From IMG/VR virus record IMGVR_UViG_3300037631_003378, positions 1-31,851 of that record: 31,851 nucleotides of DNA; one strand, written 5' to 3'. Position numbers and translations under genes: made by a program. Origin of the DNA: a virus (lineage: Duplodnaviria > Caudoviricetes). The notes under the pieces were generated by a model. The model was not told the DNA's origin. It did not search any database and saw only the letters and a list, made by a program, of their open reading frames with translations. Below are positions 1 through 9,091 of the stretch, in pieces (positions within the stretch are counted from its first letter, which is position 1; each line of letters opens with the position of its first letter).

Positions 1-228
1 TACAGAGAAGCTGGAGACATAGGGTCAATGCCCTTTGTAAAAACTTTAGAGGATTGGGCTAAGTTTGATGTAAACAACAGAACAAAGTATGATGCGTCAA
101 TTAGTTCAGGACTAGCCATTATGGCCAACCAAAAACACCTATATAAACCCGAAGTTAGACAATCAAAAATAAAGATTAACTTTGCAAGGTATAATAACAA
201 GGGTAGTAATAGCCAATTATTAAGATAG
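1..228 (+). CDS. terL: Terminase large subunit, C-terminal fragment (5' truncated by the window edge)
   Basis: Frame 1 is open from base 1 (YREAGDIGSMPFVKTLEDWAKFDVNNRTKYDASISSGLAIMA...). The 'L.DW..FD...RTKYDA.ISSGLA' segment resembles the last catalytic-Asp helix of the RNase H-like terminase nuclease. It abuts the portal gene (TAG-ATG). The ATG at 28 is probably internal. Confidence 0.75.
   Translation, partial: YREAGDIGSMPFVKTLEDWAKFDVNNRTKYDASISSGLAIMANQKHLYKPEVRQSKIKINFARYNNKGSNSQLLR
177..184 (+). promoter_or_regulatory. Bacteroidota-type -7 promoter element (TAACTTTG) upstream of the portal gene
   Basis: Exact match to TAnnTTTG, 44 nt before the portal ATG. No clear -33 TTTG seen. 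Confidence 0.45.
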
Positions 229-2691
229 ATGCAGAAAATTAGCGTAGATATACCATCGGCTTATTTCCCCGACCAGTTTGTTTCTGATGAAAAGAAAGCA
301 ACTCCTGAGTTCGGATTAAGAATTGGACAAGCAATCCAATACGAATGGTTTAGAAAAGATGGTAGTCGAGGTAGGTACTATAATAGGTATCGAAAGTTTC
401 ACAAAATGAGATTGTATGCTCGTGGAGAGCAGTCGATAGCAAAGTATAAAAAAGAAATTGCTGTAGATGGGGATTTGTCTTATCTAAACCTTGATTGGAC
501 ACCTGTGCCTATTATACCTAAGTTTGTTGACATTGTTGTCAATGGCATGTCAGATAGAATATTTGATGTTAAGGTTGTGGCTCAAGACCCTATATCTGTT
601 CATAAAAGAACCACGTATCAGCAAAACCTAAAAGCAGAAATGGTTGCTTCGGCAGAGCTAGATCAAATTATGGATGCTTTCGGGGTTGATGCATTTACTA
701 TGGATAGGGTTGACACTCCAACAAACGACGACGAGTTGGATTTGATTATGCAACTTAAGTATAAGCCCTCGATAGAAATAGCTGCAGAAACAGCAATATC
801 TACTGTCTTAGAAGATAATTTTTACGAGGACTTGAAAAAAAGAGTAAACTATGACATCGCTGTTTTGGGCATGGGTGTTGCCAAGCATGAGTTTAATTTA
901 GGCTCTGGGGTAGAATTAAAATATGTTGATCCATCTGACGTAATACATAGTTACACAGAGGATCCTTATTTTAAAGATTGCTTTTATTGGGGCGAAGTTA
1001 AAACCGTGCCTGTGGGGGAGTTGATTAAAATAGACCCCTCATTAACCACAGAAGATTTAAAAGAAATTTCAGAGTATAGCTATGGCTTTTATGATTACAA
1101 CAACGAGCCTAGCACCTATGGGGATGACACCTTTAGAAAAGACACCGCAACCCTTCTTTACTTTAACTACAAAACCACAAACACATTTAAGTACAAGAAA
1201 AAGGTGTCAGAAAATGGCTCTGTAAAAATAATTGACAAGCCATCGGACTTTAACCCCCCAAAAGAAATGATGGAGGATGGGAAGTTTGAGATGGTGGAAA
1301 AAACTATTGACGTTTGGTATGAGGGTGTGATGGTGATGGGTACGAGCATTATTCTCAAATGGAATCTTATGGAGAATATGGTTAGGCCCAAATCTGCTTC
1401 TCAGCACGCAATACCAAACTATGTTGCTGTAGCCCCTAGGATGTACAAAGGCAATGTTGAATCTCTTGTAAGAAGAATGGTTCCATTCGCTGACCTTATT
1501 CAAATTACCCACCTTAAGTTACAGCAAGTAATGAATCGAATGACTCCAGATGGAGTTTTCATTGATGCGGATGGTCTTAATGAGGTTGATTTGGGCACAG
1601 GTGCGGCATACAATCCCGAAGATGCATTAAGGTTGTACTTTCAAACAGGGTCTGTTGTTGGGCGTTCATTTACCCAAGACGGAGACTTTAATAATGCTAG
1701 AGTTCCTATTCAGCCCATAACTGGGCATTCGGGTGGTCAAAAAATGTCTGCGCTAATAAACAACTATAATCACTACTTAAGAATGATTAGAGATGTGACG
1801 GGGCTAAATGAAGCTAGAGATGGCTCAATGCCTGATTCAAATGCATTAGTGGGGGTTCAAAAACTAGCGGCGGCAAATTCTAATACTGCAACACGACACA
1901 TTCTTGATGCATCTCATTTTGTAACTAGAGAGCTTGCTCAAGCTATATCTATGCGTATTTCAGATGCTATGGAGTACATAGATCATGCCGAGGAAATAGC
2001 GATGCAAATAGGTCGACACAAGTCTGAAATAATAAAAGACATTAGTGAATACTACTTGTACGACTACGGCATATTCATAGATGTATCTCCTGATGAAGAA
2101 GAAAAAGGAAGACTTGAGCAAAACATTCAATTAGCCATTCAAAAGGGTGATATTGGGCTAGAGGATGCTATTGACATCAGAGAAATAAAAAACACGAAAA
2201 CTGCCAATCAATTACTTAAAGTAAAGAAATCAAAAAGAGCAGACCAAGTCCAAGCCGATGCTATGGCGCAAATGCAGTTTAAGGCGGAAATGGACAACCA
2301 AAACAAACAAGCCGAAATACAAATGCAGGCAATGAAATCTCAAATAGAGTCCGAATCAAATGTCAAAGAGATGGCAATTAGGGCTAAGTTTGAAATGGAA
2401 AAAATGATGAGGGAAACCGAAATGAAAGCCTTATTAATGCAAAAGCAATTTGAGTTTGATTATCAATTGGCTGAACTTAAAGAATCCAAGTTAGAAGAAA
2501 GAGATATCGCCAAAGAAGACGGTAAAAAGACAAGAATAGACCGTCAAAACACTCAACAATCCAAACTTATAAACCAAAGAAAAAATAATCTTCCTCCGAT
2601 GAGTTTTGAAGACAAAGGGCCTGGAGTAAACTTACAATTCCCTAATATGCTACAAAATTTTAATATGGAAGAAAATACTAACTTTGAGTAA
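229..2691 (+). CDS. Portal protein (820 aa)
   Basis: Lies directly after the terminase. Its size and motifs (LNLDWTPVPIIPKFVDIVV, IRDVTGLNEARDG) and the long C-terminal Q/M/E/K coiled coil fit podovirus/crAss-like portals with a barrel domain. Confidence 0.88.
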   Translation: MQKISVDIPSAYFPDQFVSDEKKATPEFGLRIGQAIQYEWFRKDGSRGRYYNRYRKFHKMRLYARGEQSIAKYKKEIAVDGDLSYLNLDWTPVPIIPKFVDIVVNGMSDRIFDVKVVAQDPISVHKRTTYQQNLKAEMVASAELDQIMDAFGVDAFTMDRVDTPTNDDELDLIMQLKYKPSIEIAAETAISTVLEDNFYEDLKKRVNYDIAVLGMGVAKHEFNLGSGVELKYVDPSDVIHSYTEDPYFKDCFYWGEVKTVPVGELIKIDPSLTTEDLKEISEYSYGFYDYNNEPSTYGDDTFRKDTATLLYFNYKTTNTFKYKKKVSENGSVKIIDKPSDFNPPKEMMEDGKFEMVEKTIDVWYEGVMVMGTSIILKWNLMENMVRPKSASQHAIPNYVAVAPRMYKGNVESLVRRMVPFADLIQITHLKLQQVMNRMTPDGVFIDADGLNEVDLGTGAAYNPEDALRLYFQTGSVVGRSFTQDGDFNNARVPIQPITGHSGGQKMSALINNYNHYLRMIRDVTGLNEARDGSMPDSNALVGVQKLAAANSNTATRHILDASHFVTRELAQAISMRISDAMEYIDHAEEIAMQIGRHKSEIIKDISEYYLYDYGIFIDVSPDEEEKGRLEQNIQLAIQKGDIGLEDAIDIREIKNTKTANQLLKVKKSKRADQVQADAMAQMQFKAEMDNQNKQAEIQMQAMKSQIESESNVKEMAIRAKFEMEKMMRETEMKALLMQKQFEFDYQLAELKESKLEERDIAKEDGKKTRIDRQNTQQSKLINQRKNNLPPMSFEDKGPGVNLQFPNMLQNFNMEENTNFE
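2679..2686 (+). promoter_or_regulatory. Bacteroidota-type -7 promoter element (TAACTTTG) for the scaffold/capsid genes
   Basis: TAnnTTTG match in the last codons of the portal gene, 15 nt before the ATG at 2702. Confidence 0.55.
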
Positions 2692-2701
2692 AATTTAATC
2701 T

Positions 2702-3814
2702 ATGGAAATTAAAGTAAGAGACCTTGGCTCTGAGGAGTCAAAGTCAAGTCAACAGATTGAGCAAGAGCTATTAGACAAGCATGAGCAATCTTTGAATGAA
2801 GAAAAACCGGTTGTAAATACTGTTGAAATTGAGAAGGAGGGGCAAGAAGTTCAGCAGGAAGAGCAACCAAAGGAAGAAAAGTCATTTAGTGACGAAGATG
2901 TTCTTTCATATATATCTGACAGATATGGTAAAACTATAGACTCTGTTGATGAGTTACTTGCTGAAAGGTCTCAATCAGAAGATTTACCTGAAGACGTTGC
3001 AGCCTACTACAAGTATAAAAAAGAAACTGGTAGGGGCATGGATGACTTCATAAGACTAAACAAATCCTCTGATGACTTTAATGAAGATGACTTATTGCTA
3101 AATTATTATTTAGAAACAGAGGATGGCCTTGATAAATCTGACATTGAAGACATGATGTATGACAAGTTTCATATGGATGAAGATTTAATGGAGGATAGAG
3201 AAATCAAGGCTAAAAGAATAGAAAGGAAAAAGGAGCTCGCTAAAGCTAAGAAGCACTTTAATAACCAACGAGAAAAGTATAAGGCCCCGCTTGAGTCAAG
3301 TGCCGCCATCTCGGAGGATGATAAAAATGCTTTACAGCAGTATAGAGAGTACCTTAATAGTGCCGAAAGTGAGAGGCAGGAAGCGGAAAGAAGAGTCGAG
3401 TGGTTCAATCAAGAAACTTCAAAAGTATTCAATAATGATTTCAAAGGTTTTGATTTCAGCATTGATGACAAATCATACACGTTCTCTCCAGGTAATGCTA
3501 GGGATTTAAAAAAGTCTCAATCCGACATAGTAAACTTTATAAGTAATTACGTTGGTGAAGATGGCTTGATTAAAGATTCAAAGGGTTATCACCGAGCACT
3601 ATCAGTGGCTATGAACCCTGATAAATTCGCCAAGTTCTTTTATGAACAAGGGCGGGCCGAGGCCATAGAAGGTGACGCAAAGCGTGCGAAAAACATCAAA
3701 ATGGATGTTCGTCAAACGCCAAAGGGATCTTCTGACGGAGGGTTCAAGGTTCGTGCTGTAGACTCAGGTCGAAGCATGGGCTTAAGGATAAAAAGTATTA
3801 ACAAAAAAAGCTAA
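2702..3814 (+). CDS. Acidic head-assembly (scaffold-like) protein (370 aa)
   Basis: Sits between portal and capsid genes. Very D/E-rich, helical/coiled-coil, with a basic C-terminal tail. Confidence 0.6.
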   Translation: MEIKVRDLGSEESKSSQQIEQELLDKHEQSLNEEKPVVNTVEIEKEGQEVQQEEQPKEEKSFSDEDVLSYISDRYGKTIDSVDELLAERSQSEDLPEDVAAYYKYKKETGRGMDDFIRLNKSSDDFNEDDLLLNYYLETEDGLDKSDIEDMMYDKFHMDEDLMEDREIKAKRIERKKELAKAKKHFNNQREKYKAPLESSAAISEDDKNALQQYREYLNSAESERQEAERRVEWFNQETSKVFNNDFKGFDFSIDDKSYTFSPGNARDLKKSQSDIVNFISNYVGEDGLIKDSKGYHRALSVAMNPDKFAKFFYEQGRAEAIEGDAKRAKNIKMDVRQTPKGSSDGGFKVRAVDSGRSMGLRIKSINKKS

Positions 3815-3825
3815 AAAACTAAAAC

Positions 3826-5274
3826 ATGGCTGGATCATTACAAGCGGGGTCTGTCGCATTAACCCCCCACGGTAGTAAGGCAACATTGCCTTCTAACTAT
3901 ATAAGCGACTTTAAATTCTTGGATCAGTATCTACCCGATACTTATGAAAAGGAATTTGAGCGATATGGAAACAGAAGCATTGCTTCTTTTATGAGAATGG
4001 TAGGTGCTGAGATGCCCACTAACTCTGACCTCATCAAATGGGCAGAGCAAGGTCGTCTCCACGTTAAATTTGAGGGTGCTACGATTTCAGGAACTACTGG
4101 GTCTACTACAGCTCAAAGATTTAACATTGTACCTGCTGGTTCACCTGCTGCTTCAGCAATTCCAGTGAGAGTTGGTCAAACTCTTGTTGTTTCTGATGAG
4201 GCCGCTGGGTCTACTAAGACTGACAAGGTTATTGTAACAGCTGTAGCTGGAGGTGGTAGTGGTATCACTGTTGCTCCATACGCTGCTACTCCAAGCATTG
4301 TTGATGGATTAACAGTAACTGCATTTATTTATGGTTCTGAGTTCCGTAAAGGAGATACTGGAATGGAAGGCTCTATCGAGGCTGAAGACAATATCTTCGA
4401 GAACAAGCCAATCATTCTAAAGGACAGATATACTGTTGCTGGTTCTGACATGGCTCAAATCGGATGGGTAGAAGTTACAACTGAAAATGGTGCTACAGGT
4501 TACCTATGGTATCTAAAATCAGAGCACGAGACTAGGCTTCGTTTTGAGGACTACCTCGAAACTTCTATGGTTGAGGCTGTTCCTGTTGAAACGAACTCAG
4601 GTGCTGCTGGAGCATTAGCGACTAGTGCATACGGTTCACTACCTGCTGGGTCTTCATTGGCACAAACAGGTGGTTCTGAAGGATTATTCCACGCAGTAGA
4701 GAATAGAGGAAATGTTTGGAGTGGTGGTAACCCAACTACTCTTTCTGACTTTGACTCTATCATTCAGGTTCTTGACAAGCAAGGTGCTATCGAAGAAAAC
4801 GTATTGTTCTTAAACAGACAGTTCTCTTTCGACATCGATGATATGCTTGCTGCTCAGAACTCTTATGGTGTAGGTGGTACTTCTTACGGTCTTTTCGACA
4901 ACGACGAAGAGATGGCATTGAACCTCGGATTCACAGGATTCCGCAGAGGATATGACTTCTACAAGTCTGACTGGAAATACCTCAACGATGCCACTATGAG
5001 AGGAGGCGTAAAAGCTGGAAACATCAACGGTATTCTTGTACCTGCTGGTTCTACAACTGTTTACGACCAAATTCTTGGCAAAAACGCTCAACGTCCGTTC
5101 TTACACGTAAGATATCGTGCGTCTGAGTCTGAGGACAGAAGATATAAAACTTGGATGACTGGTTCTGCCGGTGATGTAAGAACTTCTGATCTTGATGCAA
5201 TGGAGGTTCACTTCTTATCAGAGCGTGCGCTTTGTGTTATGGGAGCGAATAACTTCGTTATGTTTAAGAACTAA
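3826..5274 (+). CDS. Major capsid protein (482 aa)
   Basis: Position after portal and scaffold; size; A-rich leader (aaaaactaaaacATG); strong terminator immediately downstream. HK97-like segments resembling crAss-related MCPs (IKWAEQGRLH, GSEFRKG, IILKDRYTVAGSD, SEGLFHAVENRGN, HFLSERALCVMGANNF). Confidence 0.9.
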   Translation: MAGSLQAGSVALTPHGSKATLPSNYISDFKFLDQYLPDTYEKEFERYGNRSIASFMRMVGAEMPTNSDLIKWAEQGRLHVKFEGATISGTTGSTTAQRFNIVPAGSPAASAIPVRVGQTLVVSDEAAGSTKTDKVIVTAVAGGGSGITVAPYAATPSIVDGLTVTAFIYGSEFRKGDTGMEGSIEAEDNIFENKPIILKDRYTVAGSDMAQIGWVEVTTENGATGYLWYLKSEHETRLRFEDYLETSMVEAVPVETNSGAAGALATSAYGSLPAGSSLAQTGGSEGLFHAVENRGNVWSGGNPTTLSDFDSIIQVLDKQGAIEENVLFLNRQFSFDIDDMLAAQNSYGVGGTSYGLFDNDEEMALNLGFTGFRRGYDFYKSDWKYLNDATMRGGVKAGNINGILVPAGSTTVYDQILGKNAQRPFLHVRYRASESEDRRYKTWMTGSAGDVRTSDLDAMEVHFLSERALCVMGANNFVMFKN

Positions 5275-5289
5275 TATTTCTTAATTAAT

Positions 5290-5313
5290 GGGGGAGGCAA
5301 CTCCCCCTTTTTT
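5290..5313 (+). terminator. Rho-independent terminator after the capsid gene
   Basis: GGGGGAG-GCAA-CTCCCCC hairpin (7-bp stem, GNRA loop) followed by TTTTTT. Confidence 0.9.
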
Positions 5314-5326
5314 AAATTTTAATCAA

Positions 5327-6058
5327 ATGAAAGATAAAATATACGTGCTGACGCAAGATAGAGCACCACTAAACTTCTTGTTGGCTTCAAGGCACACGCA
5401 CCGAAGCCCTCTGTTACATTTTGACGGAAAAACAAATCGAGCCCTTAGATATGCTCGCAACCAAAAAACACCATTCGAAGATGAGCAAGATGGCAACGCC
5501 ATTTTAGAACCAATCATTTTCAAGGATGGCTTTCTTCACGTTCATGCCACCAATCCTGTTCTTCAGCAGTTTATGGATCTCCACCCTGGGAATGGAGGTA
5601 TATTCATGGAGCTTGATACTGAGAGGAACGCTCAGGAGGAGTTAGATATTATTAGTGCCGAGGTAGATGCCTTAATAGCTGCTAAAAGTCTTGATATTCA
5701 AACAATGGAGACATTGGGTCGAGTATTCTTAGGACTTAACACAGAGAAGATGTCATCTGCTGAATTAAAGCGAGATGTCATTCTGTTTGCTAAAAACAAT
5801 CCTATTGAGTTCTTGGAGGCATTAGAAGACCCTATGCTTGAGATTCAAGACATAGTAGCTAAGATTTTTGAGGAGGGATTATTGTCTATGCGTAACAAGA
5901 ACAAGGACATTTACTTCAACCTTCCTGGGAACAAAAAGAAACTTACTAGCGTCCCTTATGGAGAAGACCCACAGCACATTGTGGTATCATTGCTTCAGCA
6001 GGATGGGGATATTCTAAATATGTTCGAAAAACAATTATCTAAGAAAAAGGGTGAATAA
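5327..6058 (+). CDS. Conserved-position virion/head-associated protein (about 243 aa), function unknown
   Basis: ORF track gives 5288..6058, but that ATG overlaps the terminator hairpin. ATG 5327 (ttttaatcaaATG, MKDKIY...) is the more plausible start. Syntenic with the post-MCP gene of crAss-like phages. Confidence 0.65.
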   Translation: MKDKIYVLTQDRAPLNFLLASRHTHRSPLLHFDGKTNRALRYARNQKTPFEDEQDGNAILEPIIFKDGFLHVHATNPVLQQFMDLHPGNGGIFMELDTERNAQEELDIISAEVDALIAAKSLDIQTMETLGRVFLGLNTEKMSSAELKRDVILFAKNNPIEFLEALEDPMLEIQDIVAKIFEEGLLSMRNKNKDIYFNLPGNKKKLTSVPYGEDPQHIVVSLLQQDGDILNMFEKQLSKKKGE

Positions 6059-6072
6059 TAAATATTTATCTA

Positions 6073-6080
6073 TATATTTG
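6073..6080 (+). promoter_or_regulatory. Bacteroidota-type -7 element (TATATTTG) just upstream of a terminator
   Basis: Exact TAnnTTTG match in the intergenic region. Confidence 0.5.
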
Positions 6081-6110
6081 AATCGCTAAATGTTCATAAT
6101 TATTGTTTAG

Positions 6111-6135
6111 AGGGCCCTCTCGGGGGTCCTTTTTT
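6111..6135 (+). terminator. Rho-independent terminator
   Basis: AGGGCCCT-CTCG-GGGGTCCT hairpin (two G-U pairs) followed by TTTTT. Confidence 0.8.
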
Positions 6136-6137
6136 AT

Positions 6138-6150
6138 TTAGTATATTTGC
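6138..6150 (+). promoter_or_regulatory. Promoter element TTAGTATATTTGC (copy 1)
   Basis: Contains TAnnTTTG (6142-6149). An identical 13-mer lies at 6765-6777. Confidence 0.65.
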
Positions 6151-6153
6151 GTC

Positions 6154-6768
6154 ATGGAAAAATATTTACGTATAAACTCATTAGCTGTAGCCAAGGCCGC
6201 AGATACAAGTGTTGCTCCTAACACAAACAATGAATTAAAAGGAAGTGGAGCTATTGATTTCACAGCAGTAGCTGAAGCAGGAGACTTTGTCTTAATTTCA
6301 ACAGGTGGTAGCAATGGCCCTGCGTATGCGCTTGATAAAGTAGTAAGCGTAACTGATGCTGACGAATTAATACTAAACACAACGTCTACATTCGGGATAC
6401 CAACAGGCAAGCAGTTTCAAATATACGACAAGGACACTCGAAGAGATAACATTATTAGATGTAATGATATTGTATCTATAGTTCAAATAGGAGGGGCTAG
6501 AGACGTCGCTGCGGGCTCTCCAATTGTTGGCCTGATATATACTGGCATTGAGATTCAGTATACGGGCGGGGCTATGTTAACGATTGTGTTTGAAGGTAAT
6601 GACCCAAACGAAACCAAGGCAGGGCTTTTCCTAGATGCTCTTATCAATCAGATAGAAACACACTTGCAGTCTAGTGCCACCAAGGTAATGGCAGACTTTG
6701 TTATTCCTCCAGGCTCAGAAGATTTTGTGGCCATACAGAGAGGTTCAGCAGCAGTTGCAGTTTCTTAG
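6154..6768 (+). CDS. Small virion protein (204 aa), possible capsid decoration/fibre; paralogue of the next gene with an inserted beta module
   Basis: ORF in the structural cluster. Aligns by eye with 6811..7119 (KYL..; DIV.I.Q.G; IEI.Y.GG..TI; C-terminal helix ending LQ). Confidence 0.55.
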   Translation: MEKYLRINSLAVAKAADTSVAPNTNNELKGSGAIDFTAVAEAGDFVLISTGGSNGPAYALDKVVSVTDADELILNTTSTFGIPTGKQFQIYDKDTRRDNIIRCNDIVSIVQIGGARDVAAGSPIVGLIYTGIEIQYTGGAMLTIVFEGNDPNETKAGLFLDALINQIETHLQSSATKVMADFVIPPGSEDFVAIQRGSAAVAVS

Positions 6769-6777
6769 TATATTTGC
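6765..6777 (+). promoter_or_regulatory. Promoter element TTAGTATATTTGC (copy 2)
   Basis: Contains TAnnTTTG (6769-6776), overlaps the TAG stop of the preceding gene, and lies upstream of ATG 6811. Confidence 0.65.
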
Positions 6778-6810
6778 AGAGTATTTTTTTTACCATAAAT
6801 TTTTTTTACC

Positions 6811-7119
6811 ATGGATACAAAGTATTTAGAAGTAACTGTCAAGAACGAGCAAACTCAGTTGGTTCGTATCAGTGACATTATTATTGTAGAGCAGGCAGGC
6901 ACTGCTAAAGTTGAAATCACCTATGTTGGTGGCAAGAAAGTGACTATTAATCACGACGCTATGGCTGCTAACAACGAGGAGGTTAGAGATAGAATTGAGT
7001 CAGCAATTGTTGATGCGTTGCAAACAAAGTGGAGGGACATTGTTCATCCTCTTTCTTTAGCAGGCATTACTGACGCTGGAGGTGCTGTACCTGAAGTAAC
7101 ATCTATTGATATTGCTTAA
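6811..7119 (+). CDS. Small virion protein (102 aa), function unknown
   Basis: ORF flanked by its own promoter element and terminator; paralogous to 6154..6768. Confidence 0.65.
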   Translation: MDTKYLEVTVKNEQTQLVRISDIIIVEQAGTAKVEITYVGGKKVTINHDAMAANNEEVRDRIESAIVDALQTKWRDIVHPLSLAGITDAGGAVPEVTSIDIA

Positions 7120-7143
7120 TAAACTATATTTTTAGTTTTAACT

Positions 7144-7168
7144 AGGGGTCGTTTTCGACCCCTTTTTT
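7144..7168 (+). terminator. Rho-independent terminator
   Basis: AGGGGTCG-TTTT-CGACCCCT perfect 8-bp stem followed by a T run. Confidence 0.9.
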
Positions 7169-7187
7169 ATTTTGTATCTTTAGCGTT

Positions 7188-8168
7188 ATGATTAATGAGG
7201 TTCGCCAAACTGTACTCGCTATAGCGAATAAAAATAATTACGGATATATTTCTAGGCTTGATTTCAATCATTTTGCAAGACAGGCTCAATTAGAAATATT
7301 TAAAGAGTATATGTATGATTACAATACTCACGTTAACAAGCAAAATAAAAGGGTTTCAGTAAACCAATCTACAACCAGTCCTGTGGCATCTAACGATGGG
7401 TATGCTGACCTTGCGGAGCGTAAAAGACAAGTTATAGAGATATTCTCAACCTTAGCACCATTAGGCAACGCCACTGATGGGCATGTGTATGATAAGCCTA
7501 GCGACCTGTATCTTCTTAATAAACTCTTTTTTTATGATACTGAAAGGGTATCGGGCACAAAGGAGAGTGCGGTTAGTCCCAATAAGCTAGTAGATCCTTC
7601 ACTTACGGGGGTGTCTGCATTTGGGAATACAGCGTCCGCAGGTGACTTGGTTGTAAACACTGATGATAACACCTTGGCCTTTGTGGTGGAGGTGGAGAGT
7701 GGTACTTCGCTGAAGATTACCGACAATATTTTTGGGGCGGGGGCGCTTAAATACAAAATATTCAATCCTAGTAAGTATAGTGAGATTGAGATACAGGACC
7801 CCTCGAAAATATTTAACCTAGCGGCATCTACGTTGGTTAATCCATCTACTATGTTTCCGTCTTGCTTGATGCAGGCTGATAACATTATAATGTATCCTAA
7901 CACTATAACAAACCCTGGTAGCGTAATAACTCAATACGTAAGAAACCCAAAAGACCCAAAATGGACAGGGGTGACTGTTGGTGCTGCTCAAGGTCAAGAA
8001 ATATTTGATGCCACCGCTTCTGATTTTCAGGATTTTGAGTTGCCAAAGTCTGAGATACCATATTTAATATCTAAAATTCTACTTTCGGCAGGCATGTCAA
8101 TAAGGGAAACGGAGGTAACTCAAGCAGCGGCAGGGTTAGTAGGTTTAAATTCAAACGAAGATAGATAA
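7188..8168 (+). CDS. Tail ring / head-tail adaptor (tail tubular) protein 1 (326 aa)
   Basis: N-terminal 'NK...GYI...FN.FA.QAQLEIF', internal 'KPSDLY', and C-terminal 'QYVRNPKDP' and 'FELP' fit crAss-like ring/P22 gp4-like adaptors. Located before the stabilization protein. Confidence 0.65.
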   Translation: MINEVRQTVLAIANKNNYGYISRLDFNHFARQAQLEIFKEYMYDYNTHVNKQNKRVSVNQSTTSPVASNDGYADLAERKRQVIEIFSTLAPLGNATDGHVYDKPSDLYLLNKLFFYDTERVSGTKESAVSPNKLVDPSLTGVSAFGNTASAGDLVVNTDDNTLAFVVEVESGTSLKITDNIFGAGALKYKIFNPSKYSEIEIQDPSKIFNLAASTLVNPSTMFPSCLMQADNIIMYPNTITNPGSVITQYVRNPKDPKWTGVTVGAAQGQEIFDATASDFQDFELPKSEIPYLISKILLSAGMSIRETEVTQAAAGLVGLNSNEDR

Positions 8169-9091
8169 TGCCATATTTAACAGGATATCAATATTATGAA
8201 AATGCAGGTGCAGTTCCTGAGAATGCTAATTGGGGCTCATATCAGTATGTTCCGCTAAAGGACATTGTCAATAATTTTATGATGATGTACACGGGCAACA
8301 ACGAGATGCTAGCCAATGTATCTAGAGCCCAAGTTATATTTTATGCAAAGCGTGGTATTCAAGAATTAAACTACGATGCATTTAAGGAAATAAAAGCATT
8401 GGAACTTGAGGTTTGTGATAATCTGAGGTTTGTTTTGCCTCCTGACTTTGTTAATTGGATAAGAATATCTCTATACAAAGACGGTGCGTTATTCCCTTTA
8501 ACAGAAAACATTCAAGCCAATAGTGCTATATCTTACCTTCAAGACAATGATTGTAGAATTTTGTTTGACGAGACGGGAGAGATAATACAGCCCGAACAAT
8601 CTGAGTTAGATTTAGATAGAATAAACGGAGCAGCAAGAACTTTATACTTTAACGAGGGAAGTAGATTCCACGGCAGGGAGGGGTTCTTTGTTGATGGGAA
8701 ATTTTATTTTGACTATGACATTGGATCTAGATTTGGACTTAATTCAGAAACGGCAAACGCTAACCCCACTTTTAGAATTGATAGAAGGGCTGGGGTTATA
8801 AACTTCTCGTCTCACATGGCTCATGAAACTTGCTTATTGGAATATATTTCTGATGGCATGGAGGGTGGAGATGACTCGTTAGTGAGTGTGAACAAGCTAT
8901 TTGAGGAGTATGTATATGCTTACATAAAATATATGATAGTCAACTCTAGGGTGGGTGTTCAAGAGTATGTTGTCAGGAGGTCTCAAAAAGATAAGACAGC
9001 CTTGCTTAGAAACGCTAAAATACGATTGAGCAATATTCACCCAGGAAGACTACTAATGAATTTAAGGTCTCAGGGTAACATAATTAAATGA
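8168..9091 (+). CDS. Tail ring / adaptor protein 2 (307 aa)
   Basis: TAATG coupling to the previous gene. 'LPPDFVNWIRIS' and 'LEYISDG...EEYVYAYI' fit the adaptor/ring fold. Confidence 0.65.
   Translation: MPYLTGYQYYENAGAVPENANWGSYQYVPLKDIVNNFMMMYTGNNEMLANVSRAQVIFYAKRGIQELNYDAFKEIKALELEVCDNLRFVLPPDFVNWIRISLYKDGALFPLTENIQANSAISYLQDNDCRILFDETGEIIQPEQSELDLDRINGAARTLYFNEGSRFHGREGFFVDGKFYFDYDIGSRFGLNSETANANPTFRIDRRAGVINFSSHMAHETCLLEYISDGMEGGDDSLVSVNKLFEEYVYAYIKYMIVNSRVGVQEYVVRRSQKDKTALLRNAKIRLSNIHPGRLLMNLRSQGNIIK

Noticed and set aside
5288-5326. ORF-track start at 5288
   Set aside because: These codons run through the terminator hairpin; ATG 5327 has a better context.
6086-6097. Minus-strand micro-ORF ATG AAC ATT TAG
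   Set aside because: Only three codons and no minus-strand promoter seen; treated instead as part of the candidate sRNA.
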